Notes: generated from the letters alone by a model not told the origin. 37,776 bases of DNA from an uncultured Pseudomonadales bacterium (GCA_964609285.1 CAZSQY010000003.1:1-37776), one strand, 5' to 3'. Counted from the first letter of the stretch, positions 6,257 through 15,122 are shown. Numbers and translations are program-made.

Positions 6257-8072
6257 AGATGAACTGAGGCGACTTGAGGTCAAATTTGCTCCACTGCTGA
6301 GGTTTGAATTTGATGGGTTTGATAGTTTTAACTGTGACTGTTTGCTCATAGTGATAATCCTGATTTTGCAGGCTTAATTGTAACGTATCTTCTTTTGCTA
6401 ACCAGTGGTGTGGATTAAATACCTGTAGTTCTAACTTTTTTTTCTGCCATGGAAGAATAGCAAAGGTTTGATCACTGATCTGCGTAACCACTGCTTGATT
6501 GGGGCTGGTTAAATCGAGTTGATTTTGATGCCAAGCTTGGCCGGTGTGATTAATTATGGCAAGTTCATACCAACTTGGCAGTGGTATGAGGTTAAATAAT
6601 TTACGTTGATGAAGCTTGAATTCAAAATCAGCTTCTACTTGAGGAAACTGATCACCAAAAGCAACTTGGATATCTTTAGTTTCTTGATTAGGTAATTTGT
6701 AATCACCGGCAGCCAGAGGGTATTTGCTAGATTTGCCATTATAGGCAAATACGATGTGCTTTAGATCAAATTGAGTGAAATAATCTACGCCTTTCATGGT
6801 GTTGGCCCAAGTTGGATCCACTGGAATCCACTCTTGGGTTTGTTGGTTGTAATACTCAGGCCAAGCATGTAAAACATCTCTCACTAAGCTTAAGGGTTGA
6901 AGCGTGGGATCATTGCTGTGAGCATAACCTGTCGCCCTGCGGGCGGGAATAGCATTGGCTCTCGCTAGAGCAATAAATAGATCTGTAAACTCTTGACAAG
7001 TGGCTTGATCGGGTTGTTTTAAAGCTTGAACTGCTCCCATCCGCTTAAATTGTTGATTCAGATCCTGGTCAGTGTATTGCAGTGTGTCTACTACATAGTG
7101 ATAAATTTTTTCTGGAGTGGATAGATCAAAGGCTAGATTTTGAATTTGCTCCTGGTTGACTTCCCAGAATTGCTGCTGATTAAGATGGCTAGGTAATGGT
7201 TCGGGATTAAGCCAAGGATGAAGGGGCCTCAAACTGATTAAGGCATCGGCTTGAATATTAACTTCTACTGTTTCATTGGCTGGTAAATAATAAGTGGCAA
7301 TCCAATTTCCATCCTCATCTTCTTCAATATTTTGTGGGCGAGGCTCGAGCTGATGATAATGAATTTTTTGCAAAGGTGTATCTGGTGGCAAACTCACTTG
7401 AGTAATAGCAGCTTGGTTGTGCGGATTATCTAAGTGATAACGTAACGTTAAATTAAAAATTTGTTGCTCGCCAAAAATAGCTGAAATTCCTTGTTCATGA
7501 ATGTCACTATATGTCAGAGTAATATTGTTATTATCAATCTTCATTTCATAATTTTCCGGAGAGATGCGGGTTGGACGGCCAAACCGTAGCGGTGTGACTA
7601 AAATTACTTGGTGATGATTGTAATCTGCTTCGCTGGACATGGCTGGAATATGGGCTTCTAAAACTTGACCATTGACTTGGGCAATTTGCGGATTGAGGTA
7701 GGTGATGCTGAATTTACGAATTTTATCTTTACCTACCAGCTTGTCATCGAACTCAATCTCAATTTCCGTAAAACCGTTTTCTTGATTAGTATCAGGATCA
7801 ATAATTTGGCCGCCAGTGATGACGCGGATGTTAGAAATGTCGCTAGAATTAAGGGTTAAGCCATATTTGCTAATGTAATATTCCGGAGTAAGATTGCGTA
7901 TTTCAAAGGAGTGTTCTACTCTAGTGACGCCGGCTAAATCTACACTGTAAGTAGTAGTTAAATCAGTATAAAAATGCTCTTTGGTTTGAGCCTGAGCTGG
8001 ATGCTGAATGATGATAAAAAGCAAACAAGCAATAACTAAAGATAAAAATTGTTTGATTTTTTTTGACATCAA
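6183..8072 (-). CDS. secreted, C-terminally membrane-anchored transglutaminase-like cysteine protease/cross-linking enzyme
   Basis: 629-aa ORF with a signal peptide (LSLVIACLLFIIIQHPAQA). A Cys-His-Asp triad is present in the usual context: QATCQEFTDLF, DVLHAWPEYY and WIPVDPTW. A C-terminal TM helix (IYGLGIFALIAAVTAGSLLVF) is followed by KRRS. Confidence 0.75.
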   Translation of the reverse strand: MMSKKIKQFLSLVIACLLFIIIQHPAQAQTKEHFYTDLTTTYSVDLAGVTRVEHSFEIRNLTPEYYISKYGLTLNSSDISNIRVITGGQIIDPDTNQENGFTEIEIEFDDKLVGKDKIRKFSITYLNPQIAQVNGQVLEAHIPAMSSEADYNHHQVILVTPLRFGRPTRISPENYEMKIDNNNITLTYSDIHEQGISAIFGEQQIFNLTLRYHLDNPHNQAAITQVSLPPDTPLQKIHYHQLEPRPQNIEEDEDGNWIATYYLPANETVEVNIQADALISLRPLHPWLNPEPLPSHLNQQQFWEVNQEQIQNLAFDLSTPEKIYHYVVDTLQYTDQDLNQQFKRMGAVQALKQPDQATCQEFTDLFIALARANAIPARRATGYAHSNDPTLQPLSLVRDVLHAWPEYYNQQTQEWIPVDPTWANTMKGVDYFTQFDLKHIVFAYNGKSSKYPLAAGDYKLPNQETKDIQVAFGDQFPQVEADFEFKLHQRKLFNLIPLPSWYELAIINHTGQAWHQNQLDLTSPNQAVVTQISDQTFAILPWQKKKLELQVFNPHHWLAKEDTLQLSLQNQDYHYEQTVTVKTIKPIKFKPQQWSKFDLKSPQFIYGLGIFALIAAVTAGSLLVFKRRS

Positions 8073-8142
8073 ATTTTATTGTAACTGATGTTGCCTTGAA
8101 GAGAAACTTTAGACAGGCGGTAAGCAGGCTTGGATGTAGTTG

Positions 8143-11124
8143 CTACATAATTTCGGCCAGCTCATCTTTTAGATAAATGCCTGTGTAGGAATTAGGATTT
8201 TTCACAATTTGACTGGGTGTGCCAGTTGCTACCAGCTCTCCTCCAGCCTCACCCCCTTCTGGTCCTAGATCGATAATCCAATCAGCGTTTTTAATTACAT
8301 CTAAATTGTGTTCAATGATGACTACACTGTTACCCTGATCAACCAACCGATGCAATACATCTAGCAGTTTTTGTACGTCAGCAAAATGCAGCCCGGTGGT
8401 AGGTTCATCTAGCAGATAAACAATATGATCAGTGCGGCTGATGGCTAATTCTCTGGAGATCTTAACCCTTTGAGCTTCTCCTCCGCTTAGGGTCGGAGCC
8501 GGTTGACCTAGTTGCAAGTAGCCTAAACCCACATCAACCATGGTTTTTAATTTACGCCTTAAAGTGCTGTGATTGTTGAAAAATTCATAAGCCTCCTCAA
8601 TCGTCATATGCAAAACCTCTGCAATGTCTTTTCCCTGATATTTAACCTGGAGCGTTTCCTGGTTATAGCGCTTCCCTTGACAAACATCACATTTTACATA
8701 GACATCAGGTAAAAACTGCATTTCTATTTTTATTTGGCCGTCACCATGACAGGCCTCGCAACGGCCACCTTTAACATTAAAACTAAAGCGTCCGGGTTTG
8801 TAACCGCGGATTTTAGCCTCTTTAGTATTAGCAAAAATATCACGGATATAATCAAAAACTTTAGTATAAGTAGCAGGATTAGAGCGAGGCGTTTTGCCAA
8901 TTGGGCTTTGATCAATCAATTTAACGCGGCCCACTTCCTGCGGAATGTCAATAGAGTCGATCGGTCCGGGTTTTTCTTGAAAGGTTCGTCCCAGCTGTTT
9001 GAGTAAATGATAATACAGGGTGTCATGAATTAAGGTGGACTTACCAGATCCAGAAACGCCGGTCACGGTGGTTAATTTATGCAGCGGAAATTGAACATCA
9101 ATTGATTTGAGATTATGATGACGTGCGCCACGGATAGTGATGTGCTGTGAACTTGGCTGGCTGCGTAGAAGCTTGCGTTCGCGCAGCACTTTTTTCTTAC
9201 GAGCCAAAAATTGGCCAGTCAAGGAAGCATCGTTTTCTTTAATTTTCTTCGGATTCCCTTGAGCTACAATTTTGCCGCCTTTTTTTCCGGCCAAAGGTCC
9301 AAAATCAATTATTTCATCAGCAGATAAAATGACATCACGATCGTGTTCTACTACGATCACCGAGTTGCCTTTATCTCTAAGATTTTTTAAAGTTTTAATC
9401 AATCGTTGATTATCGCGTTGATGCAGACCAATGGTGGGTTCATCTAAAATATATAAAACTCCAGTCAAGCCGGTGCCAATCTGTGAAGCAAGACGAATTC
9501 TTTGAGCTTCACCCCCGGCTAAAGTACCGGCCTCTCGGCTTAGGGTTAAATAATCCAAACCGACAGCTGTCAAAAAACTTAAGCGGTTAATAATTTCTTT
9601 TACAATTGATACGGCAATGGCTTTTTCTTTTTGATTTAAAACCTTATTTTTCTGTAAATTTTGCACCCAATTTAAGGCATCGCCGATGGTCAAAGTTGTT
9701 ATATCGTGGATATTAAAATCATTGATAATTACTGATAAGGCTTTGGGCTTAAGTCTGGCGCCGTGACAATCTGGGCAGGTCACTTTTTTTTGGTATTTTT
9801 CTATTTCGCGGCGGATGTATTCACTGTCAGTTTCTTCATAACGGCGTTTTAGGTTTGGCACAAACCCTTCCCAGGTTTCGTGAATACTCGTCAGACGACC
9901 GTGCCGATTCTCTCCAGTGACGCGGTAAACTTTCTTTGAGCCATGTAGCAATTTATTCTGAATATCTTGAGGAATATCTTCAAAAGCTGTGTTGCGGAAA
10001 TCGATTTGTGTTTCCGCGCTGCTGCTGTTTTCATCTTCTAATAAAGTTTTAATAATCCGTGAGTTCCAGGTGTCGTGACTGAGCATGCGGGCAAAAGGGA
10101 TAAGCGCTCCCTCACTTAACGTTAGTTCCGGTGCAACAATTTTTTCTTCATCAATTTCTAAAATCACTCCTAAGCCGTTACAAGTAGGACAAGCTCCCTC
10201 AGGAGAGTTAAACGAAAACAAGCGTGGTTCAAGTTCTTGCAGAGAAATGCCGCAGTCACTGCAGGCTAATTTTTCGCTAAACAAGCGATCTTCAAACTTT
10301 TGTGGATTTTTTGGAAAATCAAAGCTTTCATCCTGAATAAATCCCACCACGATTAAGCCATCGGCTAGTTTTAATGATTGTTCAATCGATTGAGTTAAAC
10401 GGCTGCGGATTGCAGCGCGTTCTTTTTTGTTTTTAAGCTGAGTGTCAGAAACGATCAGACGGTCGATCACCACCTCTATGTTATGTTTGTTAGTTTTGAT
10501 TAAAGTTAAATCTGCGTCTAAATCATAAACTTGGTCGTCGATACGAGCCCGGCTGTAACCTTGCTGCTGCAAAGATTCAAATAATTCTGAAAATTGACCT
10601 TTACGGTTTTTAACCACCGGAGCGAGGATCATGAGTTTTACGGGCTTAAGACGGCTGCGTTTTTCTAGTTCAGCCATGACTTGCTCTAGAATTTGGTCAA
10701 TACTTTGTGTTGCGATTTCTTGACCGCATTCTGGACAGTGTGGGTGTCCCACTCGGGCAAATAATAGTCGCAGATAATCATATATTTCAGTGATGGTTCC
10801 AACTGTGGAGCGTGGGTTATGAGAAGTGGTTTTTTGATCAATGGAGATAGCAGGCGACAAACCCTCTATTTGATCAACTTCCGGCTTGTCCATTAATCCT
10901 AAAAATTGGCGAGCATATGAGCTGAGAGACTCAACGTATCTCCGCTGCCCTTCAGCATATAAAGTGTCAAAAGCTAGGGTTGATTTGCCGCTGCCGGATA
11001 AACCCGAAAATACCACTAGTTTATTTTTAGGAATAGCAAGATCAAAATCAGCTAAATTGTGTTGTTTAGCCCCTTTAACAATAATATGGTTTAATGGTGA
11101 TATATCTGTTTTTTTGTTACTCAT
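8143..11124 (-). CDS. uvrA: excinuclease ABC subunit A
   Basis: 993-aa ORF with two ABC ATPase modules (GLSGSGKSTLAFDT and GVSGSGKSTLIHDT), signature motifs (LSGGEAQR twice), and zinc-finger Cys pairs (CPECG, CSDCG...CPTCNG, CPDCHG, CEACHGDG...CDVCQG). Confidence 0.97.
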   Translation of the reverse strand: MSNKKTDISPLNHIIVKGAKQHNLADFDLAIPKNKLVVFSGLSGSGKSTLAFDTLYAEGQRRYVESLSSYARQFLGLMDKPEVDQIEGLSPAISIDQKTTSHNPRSTVGTITEIYDYLRLLFARVGHPHCPECGQEIATQSIDQILEQVMAELEKRSRLKPVKLMILAPVVKNRKGQFSELFESLQQQGYSRARIDDQVYDLDADLTLIKTNKHNIEVVIDRLIVSDTQLKNKKERAAIRSRLTQSIEQSLKLADGLIVVGFIQDESFDFPKNPQKFEDRLFSEKLACSDCGISLQELEPRLFSFNSPEGACPTCNGLGVILEIDEEKIVAPELTLSEGALIPFARMLSHDTWNSRIIKTLLEDENSSSAETQIDFRNTAFEDIPQDIQNKLLHGSKKVYRVTGENRHGRLTSIHETWEGFVPNLKRRYEETDSEYIRREIEKYQKKVTCPDCHGARLKPKALSVIINDFNIHDITTLTIGDALNWVQNLQKNKVLNQKEKAIAVSIVKEIINRLSFLTAVGLDYLTLSREAGTLAGGEAQRIRLASQIGTGLTGVLYILDEPTIGLHQRDNQRLIKTLKNLRDKGNSVIVVEHDRDVILSADEIIDFGPLAGKKGGKIVAQGNPKKIKENDASLTGQFLARKKKVLRERKLLRSQPSSQHITIRGARHHNLKSIDVQFPLHKLTTVTGVSGSGKSTLIHDTLYYHLLKQLGRTFQEKPGPIDSIDIPQEVGRVKLIDQSPIGKTPRSNPATYTKVFDYIRDIFANTKEAKIRGYKPGRFSFNVKGGRCEACHGDGQIKIEMQFLPDVYVKCDVCQGKRYNQETLQVKYQGKDIAEVLHMTIEEAYEFFNNHSTLRRKLKTMVDVGLGYLQLGQPAPTLSGGEAQRVKISRELAISRTDHIVYLLDEPTTGLHFADVQKLLDVLHRLVDQGNSVVIIEHNLDVIKNADWIIDLGPEGGEAGGELVATGTPSQIVKNPNSYTGIYLKDELAEIM

Positions 11125-11189
11125 GATTTTCGAAAATTAAAACATTTTTAGTCTCGCTTCAGCCACACTTTCAATCAGACGAAACAATA

Positions 11190-11218
11190 ATTATAACCGA
11201 AACACGATAAATTGGCAG
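11190..11218 (-). promoter_or_regulatory. candidate sigma70-type promoter for uvrA
   Basis: On the minus strand the sequence reads CTGCCA, then 17 nt, then TATAAT (the + strand shows TGGCAG at 11213-11218 and ATTATA at 11190-11195). This lies in the 139-nt uvrB-uvrA spacer. The -10 element is flanked by two TGTTTCG direct repeats (+ strand CGAAACA at 11180-11186 and 11198-11204). Confidence 0.25.
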
Positions 11219-11263
11219 TGCTCTCTATAGACGCACCTTAGTTAAGTTCATTGGTCTATTTTT

Positions 11264-13537
11264 TTAAAGTTGAATTTCTTGAATCTTATCTCTTAAAATT
11301 GCAGCCAGTTCAAAATCCATCTCTCTGGCTGCCTGCCGCATTCGTTTAGTGAGTTTTTTAGTTAAACTCTTCCTATCTTGAGGGGTTAAAGCATTGGGCT
11401 GAATTTGGGACAAATCAATTTTTTCATTTTTATTGACTTTAATAATGACTGGCTGAAAGCCTCCTGGCTGAGTAGCTTTTTTTTTCTCGTCTCTTTTAAG
11501 CAGTTTTTTTCTAATTGGTTTGCTGATAGAAATTGGTGTAATATCATGTTCTAAATTATATTTTTCCTGTATTTTGCGCCTTCGCTGAGTTTCACTAATG
11601 GCTGACTGCATGGCATCGGATAAATAATCTGCATATAATATGGCTAGGCCTTTTTCGTGACGGGCGGCTCGGCCCATGGTTTGAATTAGAGCTGTATCCG
11701 AGCGTAGAAAGCCTGTTTTGTCTGCGTCTAAGATGGCGACTAAATTAACCTCGGGTAGATCAAGACCCTCGCGCAATAGGTTAATACCCACTAACACATC
11801 GTATTTGCCCTGCCGCAAGTCGTCTAAAATATCTGATCTTTCTAAAGTTTCTATTTCTGAGTGCAAATAAGCCACTTTGGGAAAGCGGATTTGTCCAGCG
11901 TCTTTGATTTCTTTTTCTGAGACTTGAGCTTGAGTGTAGAGCTCTTTATCAATCGGGCCCAAATTTATCTCATCAACTGGCAGATAAGATGAATTTTTTG
12001 TTGCAGCTGCGAGTCGATTATTCTCTGATTCTTGTTTTTCTAAGTAGTTTTTAACTAATTTTTTAATCTTGTTTTTGTTATTAAGATAATCAGTTAAGTC
12101 TTCAGCCATGCGCTTGGTTAGAGTGGTGACCAATACCCGTTGGTTTTGGCTGACGCGCTGAATAATTTCAATTATGAGATCTTGAATTTGGTTTTCAGTT
12201 GGCCGCAGCTCAACAACAGGATCGAGCAAGCCGGTCGGTCGAATGAGCTGTTCTATAACCTGGTGGTTACTCCGCTCTATTTCCCAGTCCTTGGGCGTGG
12301 CAGAAACATATAAATTTTGCCTGGTCTTAGTTAAAAACTCTTCAAAATTAAGCGGCCGATTGTCTAGGGCTGACGGCAGCCTAAAGCCGTATTTAATTAA
12401 AGTCTCTTTGCGCGAGCGGTCTCCATGATACATACCTCGAATTTGAGGAATGGTCATATGACTTTCGTCAACAATGGTTAAGAAGCTGTCCTGATTAAAA
12501 CGTTTAATATTTTCTGCAAAATAGTCTATTAAGGTATAGGGTGGCTGACCCGGCTGCCGGCCGTCAAAATAGCGTGAGTAGTTTTCAATTCCATTCACAA
12601 AGCCAAACTCCTGCAGCATTTCTAAGTCATAATTGACTTTTTTTTCTAAGCGGTAAGCTTCGAGCTCTTTGCCTTGTTTTTTTAATTCTGCCACGCGATC
12701 TTTCATGTCCTGTCTAATTTGAGCTAAAGCTGCTTGCTCTGATTTGGGATCAACTGTGTAGTGTTTAGCCGGATACAGCATATAGCGACCTTTATGGTCT
12801 GTAATGGCTTGCTGCTCATCCAAGTTTTTGATGGGGGTACCGCTCATGGGATCAATCTCTTGGATTTGGGTGATTTTGTTTTCCAGGGTTTCGATTTTTA
12901 AGGCTGTATCTTGATAAGCAGGCCAAACTTGAATGGTGTCACCTCTTACACGATAAGTTCCCCGATGGAAATCAGTATCATTGCGCTCATATTGTAAGTT
13001 AGCCAGCTGCAGCAGCAGTGTTTGCCGCGGAATGAGCTCGCCTTCTATTAGTTCAAAAATGTGAGAGTCGTAATCAACCGGGTTGCCCAAGTTATAAATA
13101 CATGAGACTGAAGCGACTACAATCACATCTTGGCGTGTTAATAAATTGGCTGTGGCAGATAAGCGCAGTTTATCGATCTCGTCGTTGATTTGCGCTTCTT
13201 TTTCAATATAGGTGTCGGTGGTGGGAATGTAGGCCTCAGGCTGATAATAATCATAGTAAGAAACAAAATAATTAACCGCGTTTTCAGGAAAAAAGTCCCT
13301 AAACTCTTGATATAATTGAGCTGCTAAGGTTTTGTTGTGGGCAATGACTAAAGTTGGTTTTTGAGTCTTTTCAATGACGTTGGCCATAGTAAAGGTTTTG
13401 CCTGAGCCGGTGACACCAAGTAAAACTTGATCGCGTTTGTTATGTTTGACACCATTAACCAGTTTCTCAATGGCTTGAGGCTGATCTCCGGTTGGCTGAT
13501 AGTCTGACTTAAGTTTAAACTGCATTTTGTTGTTCAA
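11264..13537 (-). CDS. uvrB: excinuclease ABC subunit B, with a ~60-aa insertion in the helicase C-terminal domain
   Basis: 757-aa ORF with Walker A (GVTGSGKTFT), the beta-hairpin region (YYDYYQPEAY), the DEAH-like motif VDESH, the motif GINLLREGLDLPEV, and a C-terminal UVR motif (MDFELAAILRDKIQEIQ). Confidence 0.97.
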   Translation of the reverse strand: MNNKMQFKLKSDYQPTGDQPQAIEKLVNGVKHNKRDQVLLGVTGSGKTFTMANVIEKTQKPTLVIAHNKTLAAQLYQEFRDFFPENAVNYFVSYYDYYQPEAYIPTTDTYIEKEAQINDEIDKLRLSATANLLTRQDVIVVASVSCIYNLGNPVDYDSHIFELIEGELIPRQTLLLQLANLQYERNDTDFHRGTYRVRGDTIQVWPAYQDTALKIETLENKITQIQEIDPMSGTPIKNLDEQQAITDHKGRYMLYPAKHYTVDPKSEQAALAQIRQDMKDRVAELKKQGKELEAYRLEKKVNYDLEMLQEFGFVNGIENYSRYFDGRQPGQPPYTLIDYFAENIKRFNQDSFLTIVDESHMTIPQIRGMYHGDRSRKETLIKYGFRLPSALDNRPLNFEEFLTKTRQNLYVSATPKDWEIERSNHQVIEQLIRPTGLLDPVVELRPTENQIQDLIIEIIQRVSQNQRVLVTTLTKRMAEDLTDYLNNKNKIKKLVKNYLEKQESENNRLAAATKNSSYLPVDEINLGPIDKELYTQAQVSEKEIKDAGQIRFPKVAYLHSEIETLERSDILDDLRQGKYDVLVGINLLREGLDLPEVNLVAILDADKTGFLRSDTALIQTMGRAARHEKGLAILYADYLSDAMQSAISETQRRRKIQEKYNLEHDITPISISKPIRKKLLKRDEKKKATQPGGFQPVIIKVNKNEKIDLSQIQPNALTPQDRKSLTKKLTKRMRQAAREMDFELAAILRDKIQEIQL

Positions 13538-13730
13538 ATCAATGTTTTTATTAAAAATTCATTAAAAGCATTAATTAGCGGATCATATATTGTAACAGAA
13601 AAATTTGAATGGAATGTAAGTCGAAAATTGATTGCAGGAAGACTTTGTACTGGCAAAAAGTGGAAGTTTTTGAGAAAATAGAGTACTGCTGAGAAAGGCT
13701 AAATTGACAGCTGATCAGAAAAGTTAATCA

Positions 13731-13804
13731 GCGCCGGTAGCTCAGCTGGATAGAGCAACTGCCTTCTAAGCAGTAGGTCGTGGGTTCGAATCCCTCCCGG
13801 CGTA
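13731..13804 (+). tRNA. tRNA-Arg (anticodon UCU)
   Basis: Hand-folded cloverleaf: acceptor GCGCCGG/CCGGCGT (G1-U72 wobble), D arm GCTC-AGCTGGATA-GAGC, anticodon arm ACTGC-CTTCTAA-GCAGT, T arm GTGGG-TTCGAAT-CCCTC (one U-U mismatch), discriminator A. CCA is not encoded. Confidence 0.85.
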
Positions 13805-13805
13805 C

Positions 13806-13846
13806 AATTGTTCAAAAAATAAATTAATTTATTTTTTTGAACAATT
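13806..13846 (+). terminator. long AT-only hairpin immediately 3' of tRNA-Arg (terminator-like)
   Basis: AATTGTTCAAAAAATAAATT / AATTTATTTTTTTGAACAATT forms a ~20-bp inverted repeat with a 1-nt bulge. It has no G/C-rich stem, so its terminator function is uncertain. Confidence 0.35.
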
Positions 13847-13887
13847 AACAGTTGTAAGCTGGGGGAAGATGAGAAGACAAGGGTTCT

Positions 13888-13985
13888 GCCGTCAAGCGAG
13901 CGAGGCAGAAAGCCTGAGCGAGCCTGAGTAATACTGGGAGTACCGCAAAGCGGGACGAGCAGTGGAATCCCTCCCGGCGTACAAT
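13888..13985 (+). repeat. GC-rich tRNA-flanking module, copy 1, ending in a 21-nt duplicate of the tRNA-Arg 3' end
   Basis: The sequence 13965-13985 (GAATCCCTCCCGGCGTACAAT) is identical to 13788-13808, which is the T-loop 3' half, the acceptor 3' strand and 4 nt beyond. The preceding ~77 nt (13888-13964) is homologous to 31833-31915. Confidence 0.8.
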
Positions 13986-14025
13986 AAAAGTTAATAACAT
14001 TATTAATAATTTAAGAAGGATAAAC

Positions 14026-14364
14026 ATGGTAGAAAGATTAAACACAGCAATTGAAGTTCAAAACTCATATCCTGAAGATGTGCTTAATAAGGTAAGGAGA
14101 GTGGCAAATAAAGCAGGAACTACAATTCAGGTAGTTTTATCTGTTCACCGCCAAGTTAGGGAAAAGGGTTTTAATCAGAGGGCAGCATCCATGTCTTTTC
14201 CAGCAGAAGCACTGGAAGCTTATCATCAAGTTGCCGAATTATTAAGACAAGCGGATCATCAAACATCTGGGGGAAACTCTTTTGCTGAACTAAGGGATGA
14301 GAGTTCCGTTGGAACAAGCAGAATGAATGAGCAGGGTCAATTGATAGAAGTTAACAGTAATTAG
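14026..14364 (+). CDS. hypothetical protein (112 aa)
   Basis: ORF preceded by a good Shine-Dalgarno sequence (AAGAAGGATAAACATG). I recognise no motif. Confidence 0.45.
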   Translation: MVERLNTAIEVQNSYPEDVLNKVRRVANKAGTTIQVVLSVHRQVREKGFNQRAASMSFPAEALEAYHQVAELLRQADHQTSGGNSFAELRDESSVGTSRMNEQGQLIEVNSN

Positions 14365-14406
14365 ATTGAGGGTTACCTTACATTATTGAGGTTTATTTTA
14401 AACTAA

Positions 14407-14482
14407 GGTGGTAGTAGCTCAGTTGGTCTAGAGCGTCCCCCTGTGGAGGGGAAGGCCGCGGGTTCAAGTCCCGTCTACCACC
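14407..14482 (+). tRNA. tRNA-His (anticodon GUG) with genomically encoded G-1
   Basis: G-1 followed by acceptor GTGGTAG/CTACCAC and discriminator C. D arm GCTC-AGTTGGTCTA-GAGC, anticodon arm TCCCC-CTGTGGA-GGGGA, T arm GCGGG-TTCAAGT-CCCGT. Confidence 0.9.
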
Positions 14483-14531
14483 CATATTTATTTTTGGTGA
14501 ATATTTTTATTTTTCTCACTACTAAAAATGT

Positions 14532-14963
14532 ATGATAAAAATTACGCAACAAATTGAGAAAAATACCCAAGTCAAAGAGTTTGAAGACCGAGAATGGAAT
14601 CTAGCCGATATCGAACACTACGGCCGTCCCAATCCTTTTGAAAAGCATGAGTACAAGTTTGTTGCCAGAAATGATAACAATCAAGTTGTGGGCATATTAG
14701 ATCTAAAAGTTGAGGCAAATGTTGCTTATTTAGAGAACATTTTAGTTGGTAACCAATTTAGAAAACAAGGCATAGGAAAAAAGCTAATGATGAGGGCAGA
14801 AGAGTTTGCTAAAGATAAAAGCTGTACTAAAATTTGGCTTGATACTGATGAAGATTGGGAGGCTGCTAAGTTTTACAAAAGGATGGGCTTTGAAGTTACT
14901 GGAACTCACGAAAATCATTACTTTGGTAAGAAGGCATTAATTTTTACTAAGTTTTTAGATTGA
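14532..14963 (+). CDS. GNAT-family N-acetyltransferase
   Basis: 143-aa ORF with the acetyl-CoA-binding motif VGNQFRKQGIGKKLM and a C-terminal FYKRMGFE motif. Confidence 0.8.
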   Translation: MIKITQQIEKNTQVKEFEDREWNLADIEHYGRPNPFEKHEYKFVARNDNNQVVGILDLKVEANVAYLENILVGNQFRKQGIGKKLMMRAEEFAKDKSCTKIWLDTDEDWEAAKFYKRMGFEVTGTHENHYFGKKALIFTKFLD

Positions 14964-15122
14964 TATTATAATTTAGATTGCTTCTTGATTGTTTGACTCT
15001 CAAATTGTTGGAGTCCTGAATACAATTAATCCCAACTGCACTACATCATCAAAAACTGATAAAATCCGATTAATTGACTCCTCTACTCTCTAATACTTAT
15101 AATTCTTGGTAGGGGACCCATT

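Noticed and set aside
6257-6349. 31-codon N-terminal extension of uvrC in the track ORF (MSKQSQLKLSNPSNSNLSS...).
   Set aside because: It is Ser/Asn-rich and low-complexity, and it would extend the overlap with the upstream gene to 167 nt. The internal ATG at 6256 gives the canonical distance to the GIY-YIG motif.
13704-13730. A perfect TTGACA -35 hexamer upstream of tRNA-Arg, considered as a promoter.
   Set aside because: The best -10-like hexamers (TTAATC or TAATCA) end directly at the first tRNA nucleotide, so the transcription start would fall inside the mature tRNA. The spacing does not work.
13731-13985. The idea that the modules are T-loop introns or split-tRNA halves, with the tRNA 5' part plus an intron plus the downstream 3' fragment.
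   Set aside because: The upstream tRNAs are already complete and foldable, with their own T arm and acceptor 3' strand, and each is followed by a terminator-like hairpin. A true intron would not need a duplicated 3' exon. I could not fold the conserved core into a T-arm or acceptor partner for the fragment at both loci.
13845-14045. 66-aa minus-strand ORF spanning the tRNA-Arg-flanking module.
   Set aside because: It covers the duplicated tRNA 3' fragment and the GC-rich repeat. The paralogous copy at 31833-31954 differs by 4-nt indels and has no equivalent frame, so the conservation is at the nucleotide level and not coding.
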